Source: Candidatus Omnitrophota bacterium (GTDB lineage: Bacteria > Omnitrophota > Gorgyraeia > Duberdicusellales > 4484-171). Taken from it: a DNA stretch of 11,626 nt. The translations under genes were made by a program, and so were the position numbers. Location of the stretch: contig JAMWCT010000045.1 of NCBI GenBank assembly GCA_023819525.1, forward strand, positions 1 through 11,626. The letters run 5' to 3'. Positions 1 through 7,395 of this stretch are shown one piece after another (within the stretch, counting starts at the first letter, position 1; each line of letters begins with the position of its first letter). The notes under the pieces were generated by a model that did no database searches, was not told the origin of the DNA, and was given only the letters and a program-made list of their open reading frames with translations.

Positions 1-288
1 TAGGTTATCATAAATAAATTCAGCTGTATAAGTTAAGTTTGCTAAAATTCCACCTACCTTTGCTGCTGCTAAAAATACATATTGTGGTCTTTCTTTTTTA
101 AAAAACTCTTCTGTATCTTTTTGACTTCTTAAATCTAATTTATAAAACTTTACTCCTAAAGAGGTTGGATTTTTACTAAAATAATTTGAAACGATATTTT
201 TATATTCTTTCTTTCTTAATACCCTTATTAAGGCAGAACCAACTAATCCTGTTCCACCGGCAACAAATATTTTAGAACTTTTTTTCAT
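1..288 (-). CDS. fcl: GDP-L-fucose synthase (GDP-4-keto-6-deoxymannose 3,5-epimerase/4-reductase), N-terminal ~96 codons; gene continues past the left window edge
   Basis: The ORF table omits this because it has no stop inside the window. My own translation of the reverse complement from the ATG at 288..286 gives [96 protein letters not shown]. The Rossmann GxxGxxG N-terminus and the [17 protein letters not shown] motif are typical of Fcl/WcaG. The ATG overlaps the gmd stop codon as ATGA (286..290). Confidence 0.75.
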   Translation of the reverse strand, partial: MKKSSKIFVAGGTGLVGSALIRVLRKKEYKNIVSNYFSKNPTSLGVKFYKLDLRSQKDTEEFFKKERPQYVFLAAAKVGGILANLTYTAEFIYDNL

Positions 289-1430
289 CAATATTCTTTT
301 GGGAAAAAAGAATATATGTGGTTAGTATAACAGAAGCCTTTTTCTTGACAGATCTTTATCCCTTCGCCTTTTGGCTTAATACCAACTAATTTTAAATCAT
401 AATCAACCATAATTTTTATTAACTCATCAAAAGTAATCTTTGGGCTCCATCCTAATTTTTCCTTTGCTTTTGTTATATCTGCTCTTAAATTATCAGCTTC
501 AGTTGGGCGAAAATATCTTGGGTCAATTTCTACTAAAACAGCCCCTTTCTTTAAATACTTATTTTTTAACTTTAAATCCTTAACTATGCCTTTTTGATTA
601 ACTCCTTTACCTTCCCAACCTATTTTTATACCCACATAATAAAAAGCTTTTTCTAAAAATTCTCTTACAGAATGGCTTTTGCCTGTTCCAATTACAAAAT
701 CTTCCGCCTCTTCTTGTTGTAAAATTCTCCACATCGCCTCCACATATTCAGGTGCAAAACCCCAGTCTCTTTTTGCATCTAAATTTCCTAAATAAATTTT
801 TTTTTGTTTCCCTATTAATATTGAAGCAATGGCCCTTGTTATTTTTCTAGTAACAAAAGTTTCTCCTCTTCTGGGGCTCTCATGGTTAAAAAGTATTCCG
901 TTAGAGGCAAATAAATTATAAGCTTCTCTATAATTTACAGTGCTCCAATAAGAATAAACTTTTGAAGCTGCATAAGGACTTCTTGGATAAAATGGGGTTT
1001 TTTCATTTTGTGGCGCAGGAGCATTCCCAAACATTTCTGAAGATGCTGCATTATAAAATTTAATATTTTTGCCTAACTTCCTTATCGCTTCTAAAATTCT
1101 AATTGTACCAAGGCCGGTGATATCCCCTGTATATTCAGGGATATCAAAACTTACTCTTACATGAGACTGTGCCCCTAAATGATAAATTTCATCAGGCTTT
1201 ATACTATAAATTATATTAGTCAATTGTCCTGAATCAGCTAGGTCTCCATAATAAAGAAATAATTTTGCTCCCTTACTATGTGGGTCTATATAAATATGCT
1301 CAATCCTTTGAGTGTTAAAAGTGCTAGCGCGTCTTATCAAACCAAAAACTTTATAACCTTTTGAAAGCAAAAACTCAGCTAAATATGAACCGTCTTGACC
1401 AGTTATACCTGTAATTAGTGCTTTCTTCAT
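288..1430 (-). CDS. gmd: GDP-mannose 4,6-dehydratase
   Basis: 380 aa. It begins [37 protein letters not shown] and carries the short-chain dehydrogenase (SDR)-family extended catalytic residues (S..YAASK). It is collinear with Gmd over its full length, and the stop TGA overlaps the fcl start. Confidence 0.95.
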   Translation of the reverse strand: MKKALITGITGQDGSYLAEFLLSKGYKVFGLIRRASTFNTQRIEHIYIDPHSKGAKLFLYYGDLADSGQLTNIIYSIKPDEIYHLGAQSHVRVSFDIPEYTGDITGLGTIRILEAIRKLGKNIKFYNAASSEMFGNAPAPQNEKTPFYPRSPYAASKVYSYWSTVNYREAYNLFASNGILFNHESPRRGETFVTRKITRAIASILIGKQKKIYLGNLDAKRDWGFAPEYVEAMWRILQQEEAEDFVIGTGKSHSVREFLEKAFYYVGIKIGWEGKGVNQKGIVKDLKLKNKYLKKGAVLVEIDPRYFRPTEADNLRADITKAKEKLGWSPKITFDELIKIMVDYDLKLVGIKPKGEGIKICQEKGFCYTNHIYSFFPKEY

Positions 1431-1457
1431 TTTTTAAAAAACAAAGCTTCGCCCTCT

Positions 1458-1478
1458 CAGTCACATTGACTGGTTTTT
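1458..1478 (-). promoter_or_regulatory. Perfect 6-bp stem / 3-nt loop hairpin (cagtca-cat-tgactg) followed on the plus strand by gttttt; it lies in the 107-nt leader between the NusG-paralog gene and gmd
   Basis: Read directly from the sequence. The arms are exact reverse complements, and this is the only GC-enriched structured element in this leader. Its function is unknown. On the mRNA (minus) strand the hairpin is preceded by an A-run, not followed by a U-run, so it is not a canonical terminator in the sense direction. Confidence 0.3.
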
Positions 1479-1537
1479 GAAAATAAACAATTTGTTTTAA
1501 TATGTTGCACTAACTAAAAAACTGTAAATATACTAAT

Positions 1538-2044
1538 TTAAGCTATCTCCACGCAATCAACATCTACAACGCACTGCACCGATGAACCAATAGCATCAAT
1601 TGATACAACAAGTCTTGTATTTTTATTTCTTTTTTCTACAATAAAACCTTCAACTCCTTTTAATGGCCCTCTTTTAATTATAACCCTCTCACCTATTTTT
1701 AGGTATGGGTAAGGTTCTAATCTAATTTGATTTTCTACTAAAATTTTTAAAGAATTTATCACACTATCTTGCACAGGAATATATTGGTCAAAAAAATGAA
1801 CTACCTCTACAACCCCTTTTTGTTTTAAAATTTGTATTTTATTCTTTAACGCAAATTTTGCAAAACAGTAACCTTTAAAAAGAGGCTCCTCGACAATTTT
1901 TATTCTATCTGACCAGCGTCTTTTAAATGTTAATTTTGGTGTGAATGCTTCTATTCCTTTTCTTAAAAACTCTTTCTCCACAAATTTTTCATGTCTTGGT
2001 TTAGTATACAAGGCATACCAATTTAAAACATCTAATTGGTTCAT
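1538..2044 (-). CDS. Specialised NusG-paralog transcription antiterminator (UpxY/LoaP/RfaH-like: NGN domain plus KOW domain)
   Basis: 168 aa. The N-terminal WYALYTKPRHEKFVEKEFLRKGIEAF.P matches the NusG N-terminal (NGN) domain. The C-terminal IGERVIIKRGPLKGVEGFIVE....RLVVSID matches a KOW motif. Its size and its position at the head of a nucleotide-sugar operon are typical of polysaccharide-locus NusG paralogs. Confidence 0.8.
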   Translation of the reverse strand: MNQLDVLNWYALYTKPRHEKFVEKEFLRKGIEAFTPKLTFKRRWSDRIKIVEEPLFKGYCFAKFALKNKIQILKQKGVVEVVHFFDQYIPVQDSVINSLKILVENQIRLEPYPYLKIGERVIIKRGPLKGVEGFIVEKRNKNTRLVVSIDAIGSSVQCVVDVDCVEIA

Positions 2045-2064
2045 AATAGTTTTTAAAAAAGAGT

Positions 2065-2286
2065 TTATTTTTTTTGAATTTTATTATTTATCCTGTTTAA
2101 AATCCAGGCATCTAATAAATCTTTCTTCAGTCGCCAAAGACCACCAATTCTAAAAGAAGGAATTTCGCCCTTTTTAATTAACCTATATAAAGTGATTAGA
2201 TGTATACCTAAATATTTTGCAGCTTCTTTTGTGGTCATAATTTGACTTCTTGAAGATTTCATTTTTTTTATACCCTCTCCTTCCAT
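2065..2286 (-). CDS. Small helix-turn-helix DNA-binding protein, excisionase/AlpA/MerR-superfamily type
   Basis: MTTKEAAKYLGIHLITLYRLIKKGEIPSFRIGGLWRLKKDLLDAWI is the classic excisionase-family HTH signature. The ORF is open from 2313, but the ATG at 2286 sits 4 nt after a perfect AGGAGG (2291..2296 on the minus strand), so I use that as the start. The gene ends 20 nt before the NusG-paralog start. Confidence 0.7.
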   Translation of the reverse strand: MEGEGIKKMKSSRSQIMTTKEAAKYLGIHLITLYRLIKKGEIPSFRIGGLWRLKKDLLDAWILNRINNKIQKK

Positions 2287-2386
2287 AAAACCTCCTATTA
2301 TAAGGAATATCATATTTTTTAAAAAAAATCAATAAAATAATAAAAAATTATTTTTTTGTTAAAATTGCTAAAAATTGATTAAAAAA

Positions 2387-3772
2387 TTAATTTTTTTGCG
2401 AAAGCAAGCTAAATGTTATAAGAAAAATCGCTGAGGCAAGAAATCCAAGAAGATTATGAGGGTAATTTGATGGGCTAAAAGTTTTTAAAATTATCCAAAA
2501 AAGCACTCCTCCAATCGCTGCGCCTGTTGCACCAAAACTATTAGCTTTTTTCCAATATACACCTGCTATCAAAGGTGCAACTACTCCTACTAAAAGTATC
2601 CCCCACGCCTCTAAACAAAGTTGGTATATGTTTTTAAAATAAATAGCCAAAACTAAAGAAAGGATACATAAAAAAACAACACTTAATTTACAACTATTCA
2701 ATTTAAATCTCTCACTTGCTTTTGGCAATATTAAAGGAACAATATTATGCCCAATAATGCTGGCTGGTGCTAAAAGTGCACTATCAGCGCTACTCATAAT
2801 TGCTGAAAGAAGCGCACCAACCATTAAAGCCATAAAAAGTGGTGATAGATAACGTAAAGAAAGTTCTATGAGGATATTTTTTTCACCGATTTCATTAAAA
2901 ACAATTCTGCCAAAAATCCCTAAAAAAACAGGAATTAATCCAACACTTACATAAAGAAAACCTGCTATTATAGAAGACCATCTTGCAATTTTTGGGCTTT
3001 TAGAAGCCATAATTCTTGCAAAAAGATCTTGTGCTGGAAGTGAACCTAACCCAACAATTATCCAAGCTTGAATATAATTTAACCAATCTAGAAAAGATTT
3101 ACTTTTCGGATAAAAATAAAAAAATTCTTTACTAATTTTTGCTTTTGCAATATTTAACCCACCTATATCTTTTATAAAAATAGGTAAAAGTATAACTAAT
3201 CCACAAATTAGAATTAATCCCTGAAATAAATCTGTTAGTGTATCTGCCCACATACCACCTGCATAAGTATAAACTATGACTACTATTGTAGAGATCATAA
3301 TAGAGTTTATAAGAGGTAATCCTGTTAAAGAATTTAGAATATAACCAAAAGCCAAAAGTTGCGCTCCTATCCAACCCAAATATACTGGTATATAAATGAT
3401 ACTTAAAAATGCTGCAACTTTTTTGCTATAACGAAATTGAAAATAGTCTATTATAGTTTGAATATTTAAACTTCTAAGATATCTTGCAAAAAATAAGCCT
3501 GAAATAATAAGACATAACCCTGCGCCAAAAGGATCAGCAATTACCCCTAATATTCCTTTTTCGTAAGCCGTCGCTGATGACCCCATACAAGTTTCTGCGC
3601 CAAACCAAGTGGCAAATAATGTCCCTATAGATAAAAACCAACCAAGTCTTCCGCCGGCTATAATGTAGTCTTTAGTATTTTTTATTTTTTTACTTGCAAA
3701 ATATCCAATAAATAGCATTACTATCATATAAAAGATTACACCCAAAATTATATAAATCTGTTTTTGTTCCAT
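2387..3772 (-). CDS. Sodium:solute symporter family (SSF; PutP/PanF-like) transporter, substrate unknown
   Basis: 461 aa and highly hydrophobic, with about 12-13 predicted TM segments. The N-terminal region Y..AGR.LG.F....TL.ATWFGAE...G....AY..G is the SSF signature region. The start lies 9 nt after the stop of the upstream metalloprotease gene. Confidence 0.88.
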   Translation of the reverse strand: MEQKQIYIILGVIFYMIVMLFIGYFASKKIKNTKDYIIAGGRLGWFLSIGTLFATWFGAETCMGSSATAYEKGILGVIADPFGAGLCLIISGLFFARYLRSLNIQTIIDYFQFRYSKKVAAFLSIIYIPVYLGWIGAQLLAFGYILNSLTGLPLINSIMISTIVVIVYTYAGGMWADTLTDLFQGLILICGLVILLPIFIKDIGGLNIAKAKISKEFFYFYPKSKSFLDWLNYIQAWIIVGLGSLPAQDLFARIMASKSPKIARWSSIIAGFLYVSVGLIPVFLGIFGRIVFNEIGEKNILIELSLRYLSPLFMALMVGALLSAIMSSADSALLAPASIIGHNIVPLILPKASERFKLNSCKLSVVFLCILSLVLAIYFKNIYQLCLEAWGILLVGVVAPLIAGVYWKKANSFGATGAAIGGVLFWIILKTFSPSNYPHNLLGFLASAIFLITFSLLSQKN

Positions 3773-3781
3773 TTCGTTTGA

Positions 3782-4330
3782 TTAAAAACCTAAAATTTTA
3801 ATACAATTGTTACAAAAATGATAATCTTTTCTATCTGTATCCAAAAGAGAATTAGAAAAATGCATTACGCATTTAGGGTTAGAACAATGATTTAAACCAA
3901 AAAGATGACCTATTTCATGGACCGCCTCTTTAAGTGCACGTTTTAAAAAAAGTTCTCTGTCTTCTTCTAAACCATAATACGATTGGCGCAATCTAGTAAT
4001 AGAAATAATACAAACACCTTTTTTTGGTTCTGCTTCGCCAAAGACAAAATTTAATCCTTCTGCATACAGGTCTTTATCGATGATTGCTAAAATTTTTTGA
4101 TTTTCTTTAGGGGTTTGGAGGGCATTTAAGATAAGCAAAGCAAGATATTGATCTCTCATTTGAGCATACGCATATCGAGGTATATCATATGAACCACCAA
4201 TATTAACTTTTGTAGAAAAAATCTCTTCTAAATTTTTGCTTAAGTAATTTAAAACTGCTTCTTCTATATTGCCAAAAGTAATAATTTCTAAAGACATTTT
4301 CTCTAATGCATAAACTTGATAGATATTCAA
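3782..4330 (-). CDS. amzA: Archaemetzincin-like zinc metallopeptidase (peptidase M54 family)
   Basis: HEIGHLFGLNHC-SNPKC-VM-(17 aa)-CNNC matches the archaemetzincin consensus HExxHxxGxxHCx4CxMx17CxxC. The start is uncertain: alternative ATGs at 4330 and 4297 both lack a strong SD. Confidence 0.8.
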   Translation of the reverse strand: MNIYQVYALEKMSLEIITFGNIEEAVLNYLSKNLEEIFSTKVNIGGSYDIPRYAYAQMRDQYLALLILNALQTPKENQKILAIIDKDLYAEGLNFVFGEAEPKKGVCIISITRLRQSYYGLEEDRELFLKRALKEAVHEIGHLFGLNHCSNPKCVMHFSNSLLDTDRKDYHFCNNCIKILGF

Positions 4331-4430
4331 AAATATAAAAAATAAAAAAAAGATAAACAGCGTTCTTTTTTTATAAATTAACCAACTTGTGTTTATAGTT
4401 ATCTTATGGAAAATGTAAATTATGTATATT

Positions 4431-5165
4431 TTATTTTTGTCCTAGTATTTTTGCAAATTCAACAGGAACTAAAATTATTAAACTATTCTGTTCTGCGCCA
4501 ATTTCTTGCCAAGTTTGTAATTGTCTTAAAACTAAAGCATTAGGGCTTTCAGCTATTGTTTTAGCGGCATTAGCAAACATCCTACTTGCTTCCTCTTCGG
4601 CTGAGGCTTTAGTTAATCTAGCTCTTTTTTCTCTTGCCGCTTCTGACTCTTTAGCCATTGCCCGCTTCATATTATCGGGTATCTCAATATTTTTTATTTC
4701 TACACTTAAAATATTTACCCCCCACTCATCTGTGGGTCCTTGTAGCGTTATTAAAACTTCATTTCCAATCTTATCTTTACTCATTAACAAAGTATCTAAA
4801 TCATACTTACCCACAATGTCTCTTAATTTTGATTGGGCTAACAATGTAGACGCATAAGAAAAATTCTCTACTGCAATTACAGATTTTTTGGCGTCAAAAA
4901 TTTTATAATATACAACCGCATCAATTTTAACAGGCACAGAATCTTTGGTCATGACCTCTTGTGGTATAACATCCATTGTGCGTATCCTCATATCTACATG
5001 ATATACGCTATCAATTATAGGAATAACCCATCGCAGTCCTGGATTTATTACTTTTACAAATTTACCAAACCTAAAGACAACTCCACACTCCCACTGAGAA
5101 ATAACTCTTATACCTGAAATGCCTATAACCACACCCATCCACAAAATTACTTTTATCCAAAACAT
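4431..5165 (-). CDS. SPFH/band-7 (stomatin-like, slipin) membrane protein
   Basis: 244 aa. An N-terminal membrane anchor is followed by the SPFH core (CGVVFRFGKF...PGL....P..D.V..VD.R....D...Q.V.TKD.V...DAVVYY.I.D) and a C-terminal coiled-coil and Ala/Glu-rich region. A strong SD, GGAGGTG (5170..5176, minus strand), lies 4-5 nt upstream of the ATG. Confidence 0.9.
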   Translation of the reverse strand: MFWIKVILWMGVVIGISGIRVISQWECGVVFRFGKFVKVINPGLRWVIPIIDSVYHVDMRIRTMDVIPQEVMTKDSVPVKIDAVVYYKIFDAKKSVIAVENFSYASTLLAQSKLRDIVGKYDLDTLLMSKDKIGNEVLITLQGPTDEWGVNILSVEIKNIEIPDNMKRAMAKESEAAREKRARLTKASAEEEASRMFANAAKTIAESPNALVLRQLQTWQEIGAEQNSLIILVPVEFAKILGQK

Positions 5166-5203
5166 TTCTCACCTCCTATATTTTATAGTACATATTAAAA
5201 AAA

Positions 5204-5914
5204 TTACAGGGTTTTAGCCAAAAGGCTAAGTCTTTGAAGAACCCCTATTAAGTTCTCTTGCTGTAGATCTCTTCTTAAAACACAATTTTCTTTTTTGATT
5301 ATAATCTTCTTACCATCTATAATAATAGCATTAAATCCATTATTAAACAACTCTCTTATTGTATTTTTTATACTCATATTGTTAAGATAAAACATTACTT
5401 CTGTTGGCTTATTTGAAAATATTAAAAATTCTCTATCAAACATTTCATCAGTGGTCTTTACTCTATTGAGAATGCCAAATTTTTTACCAAGATCAAGTAA
5501 AAAATAAATAGACTCTTTATAAATACTCAATCTAAAAAAAGAATTTTTAAATAAAGAAATTATTAAATAAAGTGGAGTAGTGTTGCTACCGGCTACAAGC
5601 GAAATAGAAAATTTAAGTCCTTGATATTCTCCAATAAAGGTTGGAGTAAAGTAATATTTAGAAACAGTGCCATTTAGGAAAGTTGATAATTCTTTTAGCG
5701 CATCTATTTTCTTTTTACTAGAATAAAAAATAAGTACAAGTATAAGTATTATAATTATAGGCGAAATTATTATATATATGATATTTTCACTCATAAAATC
5801 TGTTTTTGATTTTTTAAAATACTTACCTGTGTTTTCTTTAAACAAATATATTATACTACAAAACCTAAAAAAAATCAGTTTTTTAAAAATTTTGTATAAG
5901 AGCACTAAAGTCAA
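5204..5914 (-). CDS. Hypothetical single-pass membrane protein immediately upstream of, and probably co-transcribed with, the stomatin gene
   Basis: The ORF is open over 236 codons in AT-rich DNA. A strongly hydrophobic segment, IIYIIISPIIIILILVLIFY, is followed by a ~170 aa soluble domain. I recognise no family. The true start may be the internal Met at 5794 (MSENIIY..). The gap to the stomatin gene is 38 nt. Confidence 0.5.
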   Translation of the reverse strand: MTLVLLYKIFKKLIFFRFCSIIYLFKENTGKYFKKSKTDFMSENIIYIIISPIIIILILVLIFYSSKKKIDALKELSTFLNGTVSKYYFTPTFIGEYQGLKFSISLVAGSNTTPLYLIISLFKNSFFRLSIYKESIYFLLDLGKKFGILNRVKTTDEMFDREFLIFSNKPTEVMFYLNNMSIKNTIRELFNNGFNAIIIDGKKIIIKKENCVLRRDLQQENLIGVLQRLSLLAKTL

Positions 5915-5951
5915 AGACTTAAAATTATATTTATTTGTAGAAGATTTGTTT

Positions 5952-5957
5952 TATAAT
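5952..5957 (+). promoter_or_regulatory. Candidate -10 box TATAAT for the alpha/beta hydrolase gene, in a divergent promoter region
   Basis: An exact TATAAT lies 18 nt upstream of the ATG at 5975. No convincing -35 element or SD is visible. The region is AT-rich, so chance occurrence is likely. Confidence 0.2.
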
Positions 5958-5974
5958 ATTAAAATAGTAAAAGT

Positions 5975-6814
5975 ATGTTTTTAAAAAATCTTTTGCTAAC
6001 AGTAGTTGGTTTTTTATTAATTTTGGTTTCTTTTGTTATTTATTTAAAATGGTTTGAAAAAACAAAAGTTTTTTACCCTACCAAAATAGTTGCTATAACT
6101 CCAAAAATTTTTAATATAGAGTATCAAGAAATTTTTTACCAAACAAAAGATAATACTAAACTTTATGGATGGTTTTGCAAAAAAGACACCTTTTTGCCAA
6201 CAATTTTATATTGTCATGGTAACGGAGGTAACATTTCAGATAGGGTAGGTGTAATTAAATTATTTTTTGATGCAGGCTTTAATGTTTTTATTTTTGATTG
6301 GAGAGGTTATGGCTTAAGTGAAGGGACTCCTTCTGAAAAAGGTCTATATATTGATGTAGTTTCTAGTTACAATTATCTTGTAAACAAATTAAATATTCCT
6401 TCAAAAAATATAATCGTTTACGGTGAATCATTAGGTAGTGCTCCGGCAATCTATCTTGCAGCAAGAAAGACCGTAGGTTTACTTATATTAAATGGAGCAT
6501 TTAGTTCTGCTTATGATATGGCTAAAACTATTTTCCCGTTTTCACCAACTTTTCTTCTAAAGACTATTTTGAGTTTAAAATTTGATTCAATCTCTGAAAT
6601 TAAAAATGTACATATTCCAACATTATTCATCCACAGCAAATACGATGAAATTGTCCCCTTTGCTTTAGCAGAAAAACTTTTCAAAATCGCAAATCCTCCA
6701 AAAGAATTTTATATTACAGAAGGTTTGCACAATGAAGCTTTGTTACTTAACGAAGGGGTAATTAAAAAAATTAAGAATTTTGTTAAAAGCCATTTTTATT
6801 ATGAAGATTCTTGA
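5975..6814 (+). CDS. Membrane-anchored alpha/beta-fold hydrolase (BEM46/ABHD13/YqkD-like serine hydrolase)
   Basis: 279 aa. An N-terminal TM helix is followed by an HGNGGN oxyanion-hole motif, a GESLGS nucleophile elbow (GxSxG), an acid residue in HSKYDEIVP, and a His in EGLHNE. It is the only plus-strand gene. Confidence 0.9.
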   Translation: MFLKNLLLTVVGFLLILVSFVIYLKWFEKTKVFYPTKIVAITPKIFNIEYQEIFYQTKDNTKLYGWFCKKDTFLPTILYCHGNGGNISDRVGVIKLFFDAGFNVFIFDWRGYGLSEGTPSEKGLYIDVVSSYNYLVNKLNIPSKNIIVYGESLGSAPAIYLAARKTVGLLILNGAFSSAYDMAKTIFPFSPTFLLKTILSLKFDSISEIKNVHIPTLFIHSKYDEIVPFALAEKLFKIANPPKEFYITEGLHNEALLLNEGVIKKIKNFVKSHFYYEDS

Positions 6815-6838
6815 TTATAAGAATTAGGTGGGTTTAAT

Positions 6839-7162
6839 TTATTTATAGTTTCTAAGTTCCAAATTTTCTTTTTTTACTTTTTCTAATGCTTCTTGATTTT
6901 TTGCATACCATTCTTTTGTCCGCGCAAGTTGATCGTAAAGATCAGATTCCTCTTTCTTTTTTTCATTTAGTTGGTTTGCTAAAGATTCACATTCTTCTTT
7001 TAGTTTATCCCTTTCTTCTTTTATTTTTTCTATTTCATGTTCTAACTCGGAAATCTTAGCCTCAACGCCTTTGTCTTCTGCTTTAACAGAACTTGATTGT
7101 TTGAAAAAATAAACAGTAAGCCCAATTGCTACCACAATTAATAAGGATAAAAATAACGTCAT
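6839..7162 (-). CDS. Small membrane-anchored coiled-coil protein (FtsB/DivIC-like or YhcB-like architecture)
   Basis: The start is taken at the internal Met MTLFLSLLIVVAIGLTVYFF, a TM helix. It is followed by ~85 aa of heptad-like charged sequence (ELEHEIEKIKEERDKLKEECESLANQLNEKKKEE...). The ORF is open back to 7225, which would add a Cys/Asn-rich 21-aa extension that looks non-coding. No SD is present at either start. Confidence 0.5.
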   Translation of the reverse strand: MTLFLSLLIVVAIGLTVYFFKQSSSVKAEDKGVEAKISELEHEIEKIKEERDKLKEECESLANQLNEKKKEESDLYDQLARTKEWYAKNQEALEKVKKENLELRNYK

Positions 7163-7173
7163 ATTTTTATTAT

Positions 7174-7223
7174 AGCAACAATTTTTATTTATGCAACTAA
7201 CTTCTTTACTTGATTGTTGCAAC
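7174..7223. promoter_or_regulatory. Cluster of GCAAC-containing symmetric elements upstream of the coiled-coil protein gene
   Basis: gcaacaat (7175..7182) and attgttgc (7213..7220) are exact reverse complements 30 nt apart. A third tgcaac copy lies between them (7192..7197). The right arm extends into the 8-bp perfect palindrome gttgcaac (7216..7223). Confidence 0.3.
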
Positions 7224-7395
7224 ATAAAAAGTCAAGATTTTTGCAAAATAGAAATGCCACCTTCTAAAAGAAAATCTTCTAAAGAGTTTTCCCACTTCGT
7301 AAGTATAATGTGGTTTATAAAAACTCTTATATTTATTATCCAAATTTATCCTCGCTTGCTTGGGCAGGAATTGGTTAAAGGTTTTAATTATCTGA

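Noticed and set aside
1941-2153. 70-aa plus-strand ORF
   Set aside because: It is antisense to the NusG-paralog and HTH genes, of low complexity, and has no SD. It is a by-product of AT-rich coding sequence on the opposite strand.
2065-2313. The excisionase-family HTH gene as a marker of an integrated mobile element
   Set aside because: There is no integrase, recombinase, direct-repeat att candidate or phage gene in the window. The gene is SD-coupled to a NusG paralog, so a regulatory role is more parsimonious. An element boundary outside the window cannot be excluded.
2381-2397. 17-nt perfect palindrome aaaaaattaattttttt
   Set aside because: It is AT-only and overlaps the symporter stop codon. 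Palindromes of this kind are expected by chance at about 30% GC. It is not a convincing terminator or operator.
3132-3374. 80-aa minus-strand ORF nested in the symporter gene
   Set aside because: It is in an alternative frame inside a confidently assigned transporter gene. Its Tyr/Asn/Arg-rich composition is typical of an out-of-frame translation.
4658-4849. 63-aa plus-strand ORF
   Set aside because: It is antisense within the stomatin gene.
5778-5984. 68-aa plus-strand ORF spanning the divergent promoter region
   Set aside because: It overlaps the 5' end of the membrane-protein gene and the start of the hydrolase gene. It has no SD and a low-complexity composition.
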